The notes beneath the pieces were generated by a model. That model ran no database searches. It saw nothing but the letters and a program-made list of their open reading frames with translations, and was not told the DNA's origin. Shown piece by piece: positions 40,701 through 51,396 of a DNA stretch of 64,000 nucleotides; the stretch's first letter is position 1, and every line of letters starts with the position of its first letter. This DNA comes from Lysobacterales bacterium (GTDB taxonomy: Bacteria > Pseudomonadota > Gammaproteobacteria > Xanthomonadales > SZUA-5). The position numbers and the translations under genes are program-made. The stretch spans positions 1 to 64,000 of the forward strand of contig JALHMH010000001.1 in assembly GCA_022844165.1 (NCBI GenBank). The letters are read 5' to 3'.

Positions 40701-41396
40701 CTGGCCAGTTTCGATGCCGATGTCAGTGGCGGCAGCACGCTGGAAACTCAGAGTGTCATGTTGACCGGTTATGGGTCCTATTACATCAACGACCGCCTGT
40801 ACGTGGATAGCCGTATGACCATCGGCAATGCCAGCCTTGATCAGGCTCGCACCGTGCGATTCCAGGTGGGATCGCGCCTCGTCGATGCGGTGGCTGTTGG
40901 TGAGACCGATGCAACTCAATTCACGATCGCCTCGTCCATGGGCTACCACTTGAACTATGGCCCCTGGAGCGTGACGCCGAATCTGGGGTTCCGCTATACA
41001 TCGAGCGATGTCGATGAGTTCTCCGAGGATGGCGCCGGTGCCTTTAACGTGCGTTACGACGATGCCAGCTTCGATTCGGTAAATGTTGCGCTCGGCGTAC
41101 AAGTGGCGCGTGCGGTCAGCATGCGCACCGGTGTGCTCATGCCGCAATTCGATCTGAGCCTGAACAACGAAAGCGGCGACGATCCATCGTCGACAGCGCG
41201 CCTCGTTGGTGCGACCGGCAGCGAGTTCTTCCGGCTGCAGGAGGAGGGCGCAGATTCAAGTTACGCAACCGCAGGCCTGGGTTTCGTCTACTTGATCGGC
41301 AACGGTCGTCAGGCGTTCTTTTCGTATCGCCGTACGTTCGGGTACGACGACTTTGATCGAGGCACCTTGAATCTCGGCGGGCGTTTCGAGTTCTGA
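37800..41396 (+). CDS. Autotransporter with repeated DUF11-like Ig domains
   Basis: Signal peptide, four DL/K-T...Y(F)T-x-x-x-x-N-x-G repeats, C-terminal barrel GVDYRF...GGRFEF. Confidence 0.9.
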   Translation: MKNFAQITLALIAFAMSTAAQSAPDGSTPPTLLYNPSVGSTINFSGVTTPGTNGNATIGVTASGGTSGGATGLSCTFVGANAVNFTVTPSSLNLATGAPPASLNLGCQSGTSQRTATLNCAETPNGITGPTRSWPVICPAGVSNTPPTLSYNPAPGSAVVFSAANNLVGQQATAQIRITPSGGSGTGISATTRVSNCTLSGETVANTFAGFQGVNLQFVGSTTTPQNINLTAQIRSTNVAATLTCQEIVGNPNGTEGTPGTRSWPLQVAAGQTPARMFVRKTSSASTVAANAEFAYTIAVENDGSSALTGLVLLDNVPAGLTVLGAAGAGWSCSVAGNAVDCRRSTLAANAETEVTIDVRAPNASASLLNTVTVSSNEIRNPVAANVSVTVNAAPAGFVDLQLSTIDTPDPVVVNGSLNMAYTITNRGTAPASGVALDAELATFTFVSASGAGWSCNSAVSSSCALATPLSAGASSTVTLQLRAPSAAATVSTRATVRSTEPDANPADNVDAESTVVTTTPPPPPDPRADLEVTAQVVPATAITGQAVEFQFAANNRGPDPASNVVLQATFAATLEVRSAAGEGFSCQVTGQLVRCTRATQGLNASSTVRVGALVRPGSTAVADAVAQISSATQDPVPNNNSARAVLAYQSGGADLSIVKTDSADPVRAGAEFSYTLAVNNAGPEAASGVRIIDTLPANLIFVSASGAGAVCGRTGQVVTCTLAANLAAGAATSVTIVVRAPTTGQSVTNEGTVSATTSDSNLANNRATQSTTINNRNADDLATLLNPLATDPASRAAVPVVAGECARSLTGLGGACADIIRAADEGRGNEVGDALRAIAPDEVLAQSVVLREIGATQFFNVDARLSELRRGGGGFSLSGLTVTQGAQTIPVAIASDAIRAALGFGDDGLGGLLSQWGFFINGNITSGEQDLNRTRGNVGVDYDSRGITAGVDYRFNTRAVAGVALGLASFDADVSGGSTLETQSVMLTGYGSYYINDRLYVDSRMTIGNASLDQARTVRFQVGSRLVDAVAVGETDATQFTIASSMGYHLNYGPWSVTPNLGFRYTSSDVDEFSEDGAGAFNVRYDDASFDSVNVALGVQVARAVSMRTGVLMPQFDLSLNNESGDDPSSTARLVGATGSEFFRLQEEGADSSYATAGLGFVYLIGNGRQAFFSYRRTFGYDDFDRGTLNLGGRFEF

Positions 41397-41408
41397 AGCC
41401 CGGGCCTC

Positions 41409-41478
41409 ACGCGAACCAGGGGGTTCGCTATGGGGTCGAGCAGCCAAGCGCAAGTCCGGACGGCGTGCCGGACTTCGC
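41409..41478 (-). repeat. Degenerate inverted third copy of the MITE/REP-like element
   Basis: GCGAACCAGGGGGTTCGC, ATGGGGTCGAGCA, AAGTCCGGACGGCGTGCCGGACTTCGC match hairpins 4, 3 and 2 of the 3305 element in reverse order. Confidence 0.55.
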
Positions 41479-41590
41479 GGCATCTGGTCAGCGGACCTGC
41501 GTGGAGCATCAGGAACGGTTCCTCGCATCGCTGTGCGACACAGTGACTGCGCTATCGTGCTGATCCCGGCCTCCTCGGAACGATCACGTC

Positions 41591-42856
41591 ATGCAGAGTT
41601 TAGTGCTGGCCTTCGCGTTGTCGGCTACGCCCGTACCCGCCAACGCAGACATCGAACAAGTCTTGCCGCGTGTGATCCAGTGGCGCAGGGACTTTCACCA
41701 GCACCCAGAACTGGGGGCGAGCGAAGTCCGCACAGCGGGCGTAATCTCCGAACATCTGAAAGGCCTGGGCCTTGAGGTCAAAACCGGGATTGCCGTCACG
41801 GGTGTCGCGGCGGTGATACGAGGCGGCAGGCCTGGGCCGAGAATCGCACTGCGCGCCGACATCGATGCGCTGCCAGTGACCGAAGAAACGAACCTGCCTT
41901 TTGCCTCCAAAGTTCGCACCACCTACCGTGGCCAGCCGGTTGGCGTGATGCACGCCTGCGGCCACGATGCGCACACTGCCATTCTGATGGGTGTCGCCGA
42001 GCTGTTGGTTGCGCAGCGCGAGCAGCTTGCCGGCGAGGTGCTGTTGATTTTTCAGCCCGCAGAAGAAGGACCGCCGGAACCGGGTGTGCCCTTCGGCGCG
42101 AGGCTCATGATCGACGAAGGTTTGTTCGCCGATTTCAAACCTGAGGCTGTGTTCGGGCTGCACGTGTGGGCGGGTTTGCCTGCCGGCAAGGTGGCGTATC
42201 GCAGCGGTCCGACGATGGCCATCGCTGATGAATGGGTACTCAAATTCAAAGGCGCGCAAACGCATGGATCGCGGCCCTGGGATGGCATTGATCCGCTCAC
42301 GGTGGCTGCGCAAATGCAGCTGGCGATGCAGAACATTGTTGCACGCCAAGTCGATATTGTGCGCTCGCCTGTCGTATTGACAACCGGCGCGATCCGCGGC
42401 GGCGTGCGCTACAACATCATCCCCGAAGAGGTCGAAATGACAGGCACCTTGCGCAGCTTCGATCTTGATGTGCGCAGCGACGTGATCCGGCGTATCGAAG
42501 CAAACGCGCAGCATCTGGCTGCCGCCAGCGGCGCATCGGCGACGTTCGACATCTCCATGACAGCCCCGCTGACGAGCAACAGCAATCGCGAATTGACCGA
42601 ACGCAGCGGCAACACGCTGCGAATGACGCTCGGCGAGGAATCCGTCGTCGAAATGCCACTGCTGACGGTTGCCGAAGATTTTTCGCAGTACAGCACGGTG
42701 GCGCCGACGTTCTTCTTCTTCGTCGGCGCTACCAATCGCGAGACCAAACCCCGCGAAGCCGCGCCGAATCACTCGCCGCGGTTTCTGCTCGACGAAGAAG
42801 CGTTGAAAATCGGGCTTGAGGCGATGCACGCGCTGGCGCTCGATCGGTTGCAGTGA
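41591..42856 (+). CDS. M20D family amidohydrolase
   Basis: HQHPELG, LRADIDALP, MHACGHDAH, FQPAEE, AEDF, NHSP. Confidence 0.93.
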   Translation: MQSLVLAFALSATPVPANADIEQVLPRVIQWRRDFHQHPELGASEVRTAGVISEHLKGLGLEVKTGIAVTGVAAVIRGGRPGPRIALRADIDALPVTEETNLPFASKVRTTYRGQPVGVMHACGHDAHTAILMGVAELLVAQREQLAGEVLLIFQPAEEGPPEPGVPFGARLMIDEGLFADFKPEAVFGLHVWAGLPAGKVAYRSGPTMAIADEWVLKFKGAQTHGSRPWDGIDPLTVAAQMQLAMQNIVARQVDIVRSPVVLTTGAIRGGVRYNIIPEEVEMTGTLRSFDLDVRSDVIRRIEANAQHLAAASGASATFDISMTAPLTSNSNRELTERSGNTLRMTLGEESVVEMPLLTVAEDFSQYSTVAPTFFFFVGATNRETKPREAAPNHSPRFLLDEEALKIGLEAMHALALDRLQ

Positions 42857-42872
42857 GCGCGAGGCGCGCCGC

Positions 42873-44177
42873 TCACGACAGTTGCGCAGGGATGCCGTGT
42901 TCGCGACCGGGCAACAACAAAGCCTCGATCGCCACAGGCTCGATGGTCGGCGCAATGTCGCGGCGAAAGCGGGCGACCAGCGCGTCTTCGCGCCAGTCGG
43001 CGCGTGTGGCAAGTGCCGCCATAGCGGCGCGGGACTCGCGGCCTTCGCCCACACATTCGAAGGGCTTGTGCGCGCCCCATTCCAGCAGCGCGTCGTAAGC
43101 CGCTGTCAGCGCCGGATCGTCGAGAAAATTGCGGCCGAAGATGGCCAGCAGCGCCGGCTTGGTCATAAACGGCGCCAACGCCAGAAACACGAAGTGGCAC
43201 TTTGGACACTCACCGCACCAGCGCGACTCAGGACGTGGGCCGAGAATCTTGAAGTTGCGATTGCAGCTGGAAAAGTGCGCGTGATACCGATCCAGCGCCG
43301 CGAATCGTTCGGCGACGGCTAACTCGCTCAGCGGACGCAGGTAGGAGTAATACACCAGGTCGCTGGCCACCTCGGCACGCACGATCGCCGCGAACGCACG
43401 TTCGAAAGCCCAGCCTTTGCTCCATTGATGGTTGATTGGCTGTCCATCGCGCGTAAAGTTCTCCACACTTGCCGACGACTCGTTGGAAAATGCGATGCCA
43501 TCGTAGCCGTACAGCAGAGCCGCACACACGAGGACCGCGGAGTTGATGGCAGTGACCGGAATATGGCCGTTGTATGCGCCTTGTCGATTCAGTTCAAAAA
43601 GCTGCGGAGCGATATGTCGCTCGATATTGAGCACCGGCGCTCCAGAGATTCGCGCACACGCGGCAATCAAATCGGATTTGCCGACGTAAGTCGCGGCGAC
43701 CGGTTCGCCGCGTGTGCGCAATTCCTCCAGCGTGACAATGGAGTCTTTGCCGCCACCGATTGGTACCAACGTGCGTTTGCTCAAACCCAGCATCGCTGCC
43801 GGGGCGCGGCTCTCGCCGCCAGCGAAGCTGATGTAACCGCGCAGATCGATGCCATTGGCAACTGCGAATTCGCCGAGACCTTGCACATAAACGTCGGTCA
43901 AAAACTCGGCGCGCCTGTCTGACATCGGTGCGAGTTCAATGCGCGGCGGCAATAGAGCCTTGTAATAACTGACACCAGCGATGGCGTGCAGCAAACTGAT
44001 CGCCGATTGCACTGCTTCGCGGCGGGCGGCGGGTATCGCAGGTGTGCCCGGAAACAAGATGCGTTCGATGAGCGGTTCGCTATCGTCGAATTGATAGGGC
44101 AGTGTCAGCACGCCGTCAGCATACGTCGGCGCTAAAAAACGCAGCACTCTGGCCTTGGCAACAATCTCAGAGCGCAT
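42873..44177 (-). CDS. murL: UDP-MurNAc-L-Ala-L-Glu epimerase MurL
   Basis: AGVSYYKA, GGGKDS, NGHIPVTAINS, NHQWSK, FSSCNRNF, WCGECPKC, KPFECVG; adjacent to lysAC. Confidence 0.85.
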   Translation of the reverse strand: MRSEIVAKARVLRFLAPTYADGVLTLPYQFDDSEPLIERILFPGTPAIPAARREAVQSAISLLHAIAGVSYYKALLPPRIELAPMSDRRAEFLTDVYVQGLGEFAVANGIDLRGYISFAGGESRAPAAMLGLSKRTLVPIGGGKDSIVTLEELRTRGEPVAATYVGKSDLIAACARISGAPVLNIERHIAPQLFELNRQGAYNGHIPVTAINSAVLVCAALLYGYDGIAFSNESSASVENFTRDGQPINHQWSKGWAFERAFAAIVRAEVASDLVYYSYLRPLSELAVAERFAALDRYHAHFSSCNRNFKILGPRPESRWCGECPKCHFVFLALAPFMTKPALLAIFGRNFLDDPALTAAYDALLEWGAHKPFECVGEGRESRAAMAALATRADWREDALVARFRRDIAPTIEPVAIEALLLPGREHGIPAQLS

Positions 44178-46725
44178 CGCTGAAAATCTCCCTGGCAGGC
44201 TCGCGCTGGTTGTAACGCGAAGACATCACAGCGCCATAGGCACCCGCATTGGCAATGAGCAGTACGTCGCCTTCGATCGGATTGGCGATCCAGCGATCGC
44301 TGCCCAACACATCGCTGGATTCGCAAATCGGTCCAACAATATCGCAGAGCGTTGCAGCCGGTTGATCGGCGCGGCTTAGATTGCTGATCGCGTGCCAGGC
44401 ATCATAGAGGGCAGGCCTGAGTAAATGGTGCATCCCGGTATCGACGCCGACCTGAAGGATGTCGCCCTTGCGGCGAACCTGAGTGACCCGCGTTAGCAAG
44501 ACGCCCGCTTCGGCGACCAGGTAACGACCGGGTTCGATCCATACCTCGAACGGCTGAAACAACGTGCGCACATGCGCTAACGTCGATCGCAGTCGGTCGA
44601 TATCGAGTTCGTCGTCGTCGCTGGCGTATGGCACGCCCAATCCGCCACCGATATCGAGCACGCGTACGGCCGGAAAGTGATCTGCCAGTGACGCGAGCCC
44701 GGCGTAAACATCGCGCCAGTGATTGGGATCGATTTCGCCGCTGCCCAGATGCGCATGCAAACCAACCACAGTTGCGCCCGCCGCGTCTGCAGCCGCTCGC
44801 GCCGCGACAGCTTCGCCGATCAGCAGGCCGAACTTGCTGCGCCCGCCGCCGGTCTTGACCTTGTCATGGTGACCCACGCCACGGCCAAGATCGAAACGCA
44901 AGAGCAGCGAGCGCCCGGCGAACAGTTCGGGCCATTGTTGCAACGGATACAAACTGTCGATCGTGACATTCACGCCGCGAGCCAAAGCCGCCTCATACTC
45001 GGCGCGTGGGGCAAAATTGGGCGTGAACAAAATGCGCTCCGGCTCCAGCTTCGGTAGCGTCGTGCATACATGATCGAGTTCCGCCAGAGAAACGCATTCC
45101 ATGCCAATTCCGCCAGCGGCGATGCGCCTCAGAATGTCGGGATGTGCGTTGGCTTTAAGCGCATAGAAGCAGCGATCGGCACCGATCGACTTGACGCGCT
45201 CTATCGCTGCGCCCAACTGTGAGCTGGCATAGACATAGGTGGGTGCCGATCCTGCAAGTTCGAGCAGCATTTCTCCAGACGATTGCCACCAGGCATTGCG
45301 TGGCGAGGGCTGGTTGCCAAGTAGCGTGTTCCACGCTGGACCGAACACGCTGTCGCCGGGCGCGCCAATTAATCCTGCCTTCACCAGTTGACAATGCAAT
45401 CGCTCGACGATGCCCTCCGCATCGCTGGCATCGATCACGAACGTCAGATTCAAGTTGTTCGACGATTGCGAAATCAAATGGACGCGTCGCTCGCCGATCT
45501 CGGCGAGCACATCGCTGAGTCGGTGCATCATCGCGCGCATGCCGCGGCCGACCAGCGTTATCGCCACGCAGGGGGCGATGACTTTCACCCGGCAAACCTG
45601 CGCCAGGTCTTCACATAGTGCGGTCAACGCTCGCTGGTCGAGCAGGTTCTCGCTCGGATCAAGCGATACCGTCACGTTGGTCTCCGCCGAGCCGATCAGG
45701 TCCACCGAAAGGCCATGGCGTTTGAAGCGTTCGAAGACGTCTGCCAAAAATCCCACCTGCTGCCACATGCCGATGCTCTCCATCGACACCAGCGTGATGC
45801 CCGTGCGCATCGAAACCGCTTTGACACTCAAGCGTTGCGTGGCTGCTTCCGGGCCAATCACAGTGCCGGCCAATTCGGGGCGCTCAGTGTCCTTGATGAG
45901 CAGCGGCACGCGGGCTTCGCGCACCGGGTTGATTGCGCGTGGATGCAGCACTTTTGCGCCGGTGGTTGCGATCTCTTGCGCCTCGTCATAATCCAGCTCG
46001 CGTAACAACCGTGCGTTTGGCACGAGTTTCGGATTGGCACTGAACATGCCCGGTACATCGGTCCAGATTTCCACGCGTGCAGCGCCCAGCAGAGCGCCGA
46101 AATAGCTCGCCGAAGTGTCCGAGCCGCCGCGGCCAAGCAGCACGGTCTGGCCCAATATGTTGCGGGCAATGAAGCCTTGCGTGATCGAGAGCGGTGTTTC
46201 GTGACTCCAGCGCCGCGCAATCGATGCATTGAGCTCGGGCGAACACTGCGCGCTAAGCGAGCGTGCCCAGGCGGTATCGTGTTCCGCATCGATACTGCAC
46301 AGGTAGTGGCGGGCGTCTCGCCAGGTCGTCTTGAGTCCGGCGCGATTGAGGAAAGCAGCGCCCAACGTACTGCTCAGCAGCTCGCCGCACGCCAGCAGTG
46401 CCGCCTGTTGCGCTGGCTCCGGATGCGCGATCAATGCCGTTCTCGCAACCTCGAATTCGGCCCAGATGGCGTCCAGGCAGTTGACCGGCACGGCCAGTTC
46501 ATCGGCCATACGCCGATGTCGATCGATGATCGCTCCGACCATCGTTTGATCGCCTGGTGCTTCGGCCAGTGCTTTAAGGCGATCGGTCATTCCCGATAGT
46601 GCCGACACCACGATCAACACCGGTCCCTGCCGCAGGCGATCCTCGGCAATGGTGGCGATGTTCGCCCAGCGGTTTTGCGTTGAGACGCTGGTACCGCCGA
46701 ATTTTAGAACTGTAATGGCAGACAT
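44167..46725 (-). CDS. Bifunctional aspartate kinase / diaminopimelate decarboxylase
   Basis: VLKFGGTSV, LGRGGSDTS, ACT domains, YALKAN, IEPGRYLVAEAG, GPICESSD. Confidence 0.96.
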   Translation of the reverse strand: MSAITVLKFGGTSVSTQNRWANIATIAEDRLRQGPVLIVVSALSGMTDRLKALAEAPGDQTMVGAIIDRHRRMADELAVPVNCLDAIWAEFEVARTALIAHPEPAQQAALLACGELLSSTLGAAFLNRAGLKTTWRDARHYLCSIDAEHDTAWARSLSAQCSPELNASIARRWSHETPLSITQGFIARNILGQTVLLGRGGSDTSASYFGALLGAARVEIWTDVPGMFSANPKLVPNARLLRELDYDEAQEIATTGAKVLHPRAINPVREARVPLLIKDTERPELAGTVIGPEAATQRLSVKAVSMRTGITLVSMESIGMWQQVGFLADVFERFKRHGLSVDLIGSAETNVTVSLDPSENLLDQRALTALCEDLAQVCRVKVIAPCVAITLVGRGMRAMMHRLSDVLAEIGERRVHLISQSSNNLNLTFVIDASDAEGIVERLHCQLVKAGLIGAPGDSVFGPAWNTLLGNQPSPRNAWWQSSGEMLLELAGSAPTYVYASSQLGAAIERVKSIGADRCFYALKANAHPDILRRIAAGGIGMECVSLAELDHVCTTLPKLEPERILFTPNFAPRAEYEAALARGVNVTIDSLYPLQQWPELFAGRSLLLRFDLGRGVGHHDKVKTGGGRSKFGLLIGEAVAARAAADAAGATVVGLHAHLGSGEIDPNHWRDVYAGLASLADHFPAVRVLDIGGGLGVPYASDDDELDIDRLRSTLAHVRTLFQPFEVWIEPGRYLVAEAGVLLTRVTQVRRKGDILQVGVDTGMHHLLRPALYDAWHAISNLSRADQPAATLCDIVGPICESSDVLGSDRWIANPIEGDVLLIANAGAYGAVMSSRYNQREPAREIFSDAL

Positions 46726-46933
46726 CCAGGCGACCAGGGTTGTATTGTTGCGACGCAATATAGTCCGATCGATATGCGTCGCGGCGCAACAAATTTCGTC
46801 GGTGTGACGTTGTTTTGGACGTTCAGCGATCATTGACAAGGCGCGGCTTTCACACTTAGTCTCCGCACCACGTCTGCTTCTAACGCAGACGAAGACGTCA
46901 GCCCCATTTGCTCGAACCAGGGATTTCATAAAA

Positions 46934-47617
46934 ATGAATGCGCGCCCATTGATTGTCGCTGCTGCCGTTGCCGCAGCGCTTGCTTCGCCCTTCGTACTCG
47001 CTCAAAAGCCAACCGATTCCGGTCCGCAGTTCTCGTCCAGCGCGCCGCGCGGCGGCGACAATCCGGACGGCACGCCGACCTTGACGGTCAATGTGCCCGT
47101 CGGTGGCGCACAATCCATTAACGCCTGCGATTTTGCTGCTGTGACTGCCGGCAACTTCACGATTCCGATTAACCTTGGTGCCAACGCGGTCATCACCGGC
47201 TTGGGCGGCACGGGTACCATTAACGCGCCGGCGCCGAGCTTTTTGTCTGAGGCCGCCGTGCAGGTCCGTGGCGCGGTGGTTGCCGAAGTGATTCGGTTCC
47301 GTCCGCTCTCGACCAACGCCGCGCCCGGCGTCGCACCTTACAACGTGCCGGTGATCGATTTGTCCGGCGCTACGCTGCCGAACATCACCGGTGGACCTTC
47401 AGGCAACTTTATCCTCGAGTTCTGCGAGACGTTCGATGACGGCCCGGGCGCAGATGCCACCTGGGTTGCGCCGAGCTTCATCAGCCTGGCTTGCTTCAGC
47501 TGCTTCGATCCGTTTGCAGCTCGCATCTCGGTGCCGTCGACCAGCACCTGGAGCTTGATCGCTCTGCTGCTCGCTCTCGGCGTTGCCGGTGGTGTGGCGG
47601 TTCGTCGCTTCTCGTAA
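46934..47617 (+). CDS. Secreted protein with IPTL-CTERM-like sorting tail
   Basis: Signal peptide; C-terminal VPSTSTW + TM helix + RR. Confidence 0.75.
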   Translation: MNARPLIVAAAVAAALASPFVLAQKPTDSGPQFSSSAPRGGDNPDGTPTLTVNVPVGGAQSINACDFAAVTAGNFTIPINLGANAVITGLGGTGTINAPAPSFLSEAAVQVRGAVVAEVIRFRPLSTNAAPGVAPYNVPVIDLSGATLPNITGGPSGNFILEFCETFDDGPGADATWVAPSFISLACFSCFDPFAARISVPSTSTWSLIALLLALGVAGGVAVRRFS

Positions 47618-47650
47618 GATCTGTCGTCCGCGCTTCGGCGCGGTGGCTGC

Positions 47651-47679
47651 AAAAATGCCCGCTCAATGCGGGCATTTTT
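47651..47679. terminator. Rho-independent terminator (bidirectional geometry)
   Basis: AAAAATGCCCGC-TCAAT-GCGGGCATTTTT. Confidence 0.85.
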
Positions 47680-47701
47680 GTCTGCGCAGTTTGGAGTGTT
47701 T

Positions 47702-48571
47702 ATGGCCTTGCGACCCTTCGTTCAAATCGACGTGTTCACACGCGAACCGATGCGTGGCAACGCGTTGGCAGTGATTTTGGATGGTCGGGGATTGTCGACG
47801 ACCGCCATGCAGTTGTTCGCGCAATGGACCAACCTGTCGGAAACGACCTTCGTTGTTGAGCCCACGTCGCCAAACGCAAGTTATGCACTGCGAATCTTCA
47901 CGCCGAAATCCGAACTGCCGTTTGCCGGGCATCCGAGTGTCGGTACCGCCTGGGCTCTGTTGGACGCCGGTATCATCCAGGGCAATCACCATATCCAGGA
48001 GTGTGCCGCAGGTCTGCTGACGGTGAGCGTCGTCGAAGACCGTGGTGTGCGCCGGGTATCTGTGCAATCGCCGCAAGCGCAGCGACATGCGTTGAGTCCG
48101 GCGATCGTCGAGGCTCTGCCGCGCGCGCTTGGATCGCCCGTGAGCGGCGAGCGACCGATTCGCTCGGATGTGGGTGCACGCTGGCTGCTGGTCGAAATGC
48201 CGAATCGCGCCACCGTCCGCGCCGTTGTACCGGATCGTCCAGCACTGATCGCCGTGAGCGAACAGGCCGGCGTCGTCGGCATCGCGGTGTTTTCGTTCGA
48301 ACCCGGGTTGCCCATCCCGCTCGAACTGCGGGCATTCGCGCCGATCGATGGGATCGACGAGGATCCGGTGACCGGTAGCGCCCAGGCCGCTGTCGCCGAC
48401 TGGTTGCTTGCGCAGGGGCGGCTGGATGCGCTCCATGGCCGATATCTGGCGAGCCAGGGTCATGCGCTTGGCCGCGATGGTCGCGTTCATGTGTTTGTGG
48501 ATTCGGATCGCCGCGTACATATCGGTGGCGAATGTGTCGCGCTCATCCGAGGCGCGGTCGCTATTGACTGA
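47702..48571 (+). CDS. PhzF family isomerase
   Basis: [28 protein letters not shown]. Confidence 0.93.
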   Translation: MALRPFVQIDVFTREPMRGNALAVILDGRGLSTTAMQLFAQWTNLSETTFVVEPTSPNASYALRIFTPKSELPFAGHPSVGTAWALLDAGIIQGNHHIQECAAGLLTVSVVEDRGVRRVSVQSPQAQRHALSPAIVEALPRALGSPVSGERPIRSDVGARWLLVEMPNRATVRAVVPDRPALIAVSEQAGVVGIAVFSFEPGLPIPLELRAFAPIDGIDEDPVTGSAQAAVADWLLAQGRLDALHGRYLASQGHALGRDGRVHVFVDSDRRVHIGGECVALIRGAVAID

Positions 48572-48645
48572 ACGCAACCTCGAGATCAGGAACACCTGCC
48601 GGTACCCACGGTCTATCTTACGATTACCGCACAAGAGAGCATCCC

Positions 48646-49326
48646 ATGTTTCGTTTGGTCCTTGTTTGTTCGCTGTTGTTCGCCATCGCTGGGTGTAGCG
48701 AAGAGACGCCGCCCGAACCGCAGGTGCTGCCGCCTGCTTTGCCGGGTGTGAAGCAGACAGTAACAGCTTCCGTCGCGATGTCGCCCTATCAGACTGCGCT
48801 TGCGTCTCTGCGCAATGCCCGTTCGTATGCATATTCGGCTGACATCACCAGTCCCGAGGGGCAGACCACAATGAACGGTGCTCAGCAGGACGGTCGTCAT
48901 CTGATCGTCGTGCAATCGTCTCCAGCAAACACCAGCGATGGTCGATGGTTGCTGCAAGGTGGCCGATCGCACCGCGAAGTCAACGGCCGATTCGAATCGC
49001 AACCGACCAGTGTTCGCGGATACGATGCAGTCGTGAACGCGCTCACCGCTCTGCCCGCAAATGATGATAGTGCGCTGCCGGACGCTGGCTCTGACGCTTG
49101 TCAGTTGCGTCGATTCGATCTCCAGCAACTGCGTTCGCTGTCCGACCGATACACCGCTTTTGAGGTTTGCATCACAGACCAGCCGCCAATGGTCACCGAA
49201 TTGCGCGCAACCGAGGTGGATGGTCGGCGCGTCGAGTTGCGCCTGAAGGACTACGGCGTTGCCGTCACGATCCCGGATGCCGGCGTCAAGGAGTGGTGGC
49301 AGGAGTATCCTCAGACCAGGCCGTGA
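48646..49326 (+). CDS. Hypothetical lipoprotein
   Basis: IAGC lipobox after hydrophobic leader. Confidence 0.75.
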   Translation: MFRLVLVCSLLFAIAGCSEETPPEPQVLPPALPGVKQTVTASVAMSPYQTALASLRNARSYAYSADITSPEGQTTMNGAQQDGRHLIVVQSSPANTSDGRWLLQGGRSHREVNGRFESQPTSVRGYDAVVNALTALPANDDSALPDAGSDACQLRRFDLQQLRSLSDRYTAFEVCITDQPPMVTELRATEVDGRRVELRLKDYGVAVTIPDAGVKEWWQEYPQTRP

Positions 49327-49420
49327 TTGCGGTTTGCGGCCAACGTCCCAATCGTCGATTGTGGGTGTGTCCGTAGCCCTCGACGTCAACGCGGTATTGC
49401 CCGCATGCTTGGAAGTTTGA

Positions 49421-50911
<1,491 letters not shown>

Positions 50912-50915
50912 ACGA

Positions 50916-51332
50916 TCACTGTGGCGCGCCAACTTTCTCTTCGCGGCGCGCCACTTTGACGGCCTTGTAGTCCACCGGTCGAATCTGTTCGATGTAGCAC
51001 GATTGCTCTTCGAACTGGACGCGATCAAAACGGCGGCTGATGATGTTGTTGCTCTCCGTGATGCGAATGGCGGTTTGGAACTCGAGGCCATGGCAAGGCG
51101 CCCGCAGCGTCAAAAGAAAGGCGCGATTGACCGTCGTCCAAATGACCAGGTGGCTGGGCGATAGCGATTGCCAGCGATCGACTCCGGTGAGCGTGCGCAC
51201 GCGTTCGACCGGCTCGCCGGCAAATTGCTCGAAACGGGCGAGTTCGGCATCCTGTCGCGCCCGAAATTCTTCGCCAACGCTGGCGCAACCGCCAACGCCG
51301 ATCGTCACCACTGCAAGCCAAATCGATTTCAT
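50916..51332 (-). CDS. DUF6491-like lipoprotein
   Basis: GGC lipobox, W-x5-L-V-I-W, AFLLTLRAPC, CYIEQI. Confidence 0.7.
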   Translation of the reverse strand: MKSIWLAVVTIGVGGCASVGEEFRARQDAELARFEQFAGEPVERVRTLTGVDRWQSLSPSHLVIWTTVNRAFLLTLRAPCHGLEFQTAIRITESNNIISRRFDRVQFEEQSCYIEQIRPVDYKAVKVARREEKVGAPQ

Positions 51333-51396
51333 GACGGAACTCCAAAACACGTTGGTCCATTGTGCAGAGCACCACCTAAAGTTGCGCTAAGTGCCG

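Noticed and set aside
41600-43054. Long antisense ORFs (484 aa here; also 27999..29303, 10960..12021, 24376..25428)
   Set aside because: Shadows of well-supported genes in GC-rich DNA with no recognisable motifs.
47702-48571. Phenazine biosynthesis
   Set aside because: Lone PhzF-family homolog with no other phz genes.
50912-51396. tRNA gene after serS
   Set aside because: No cloverleaf, TTCGAAT T-arm context or CCA end recognised; the space is filled by a convergent lipoprotein gene.
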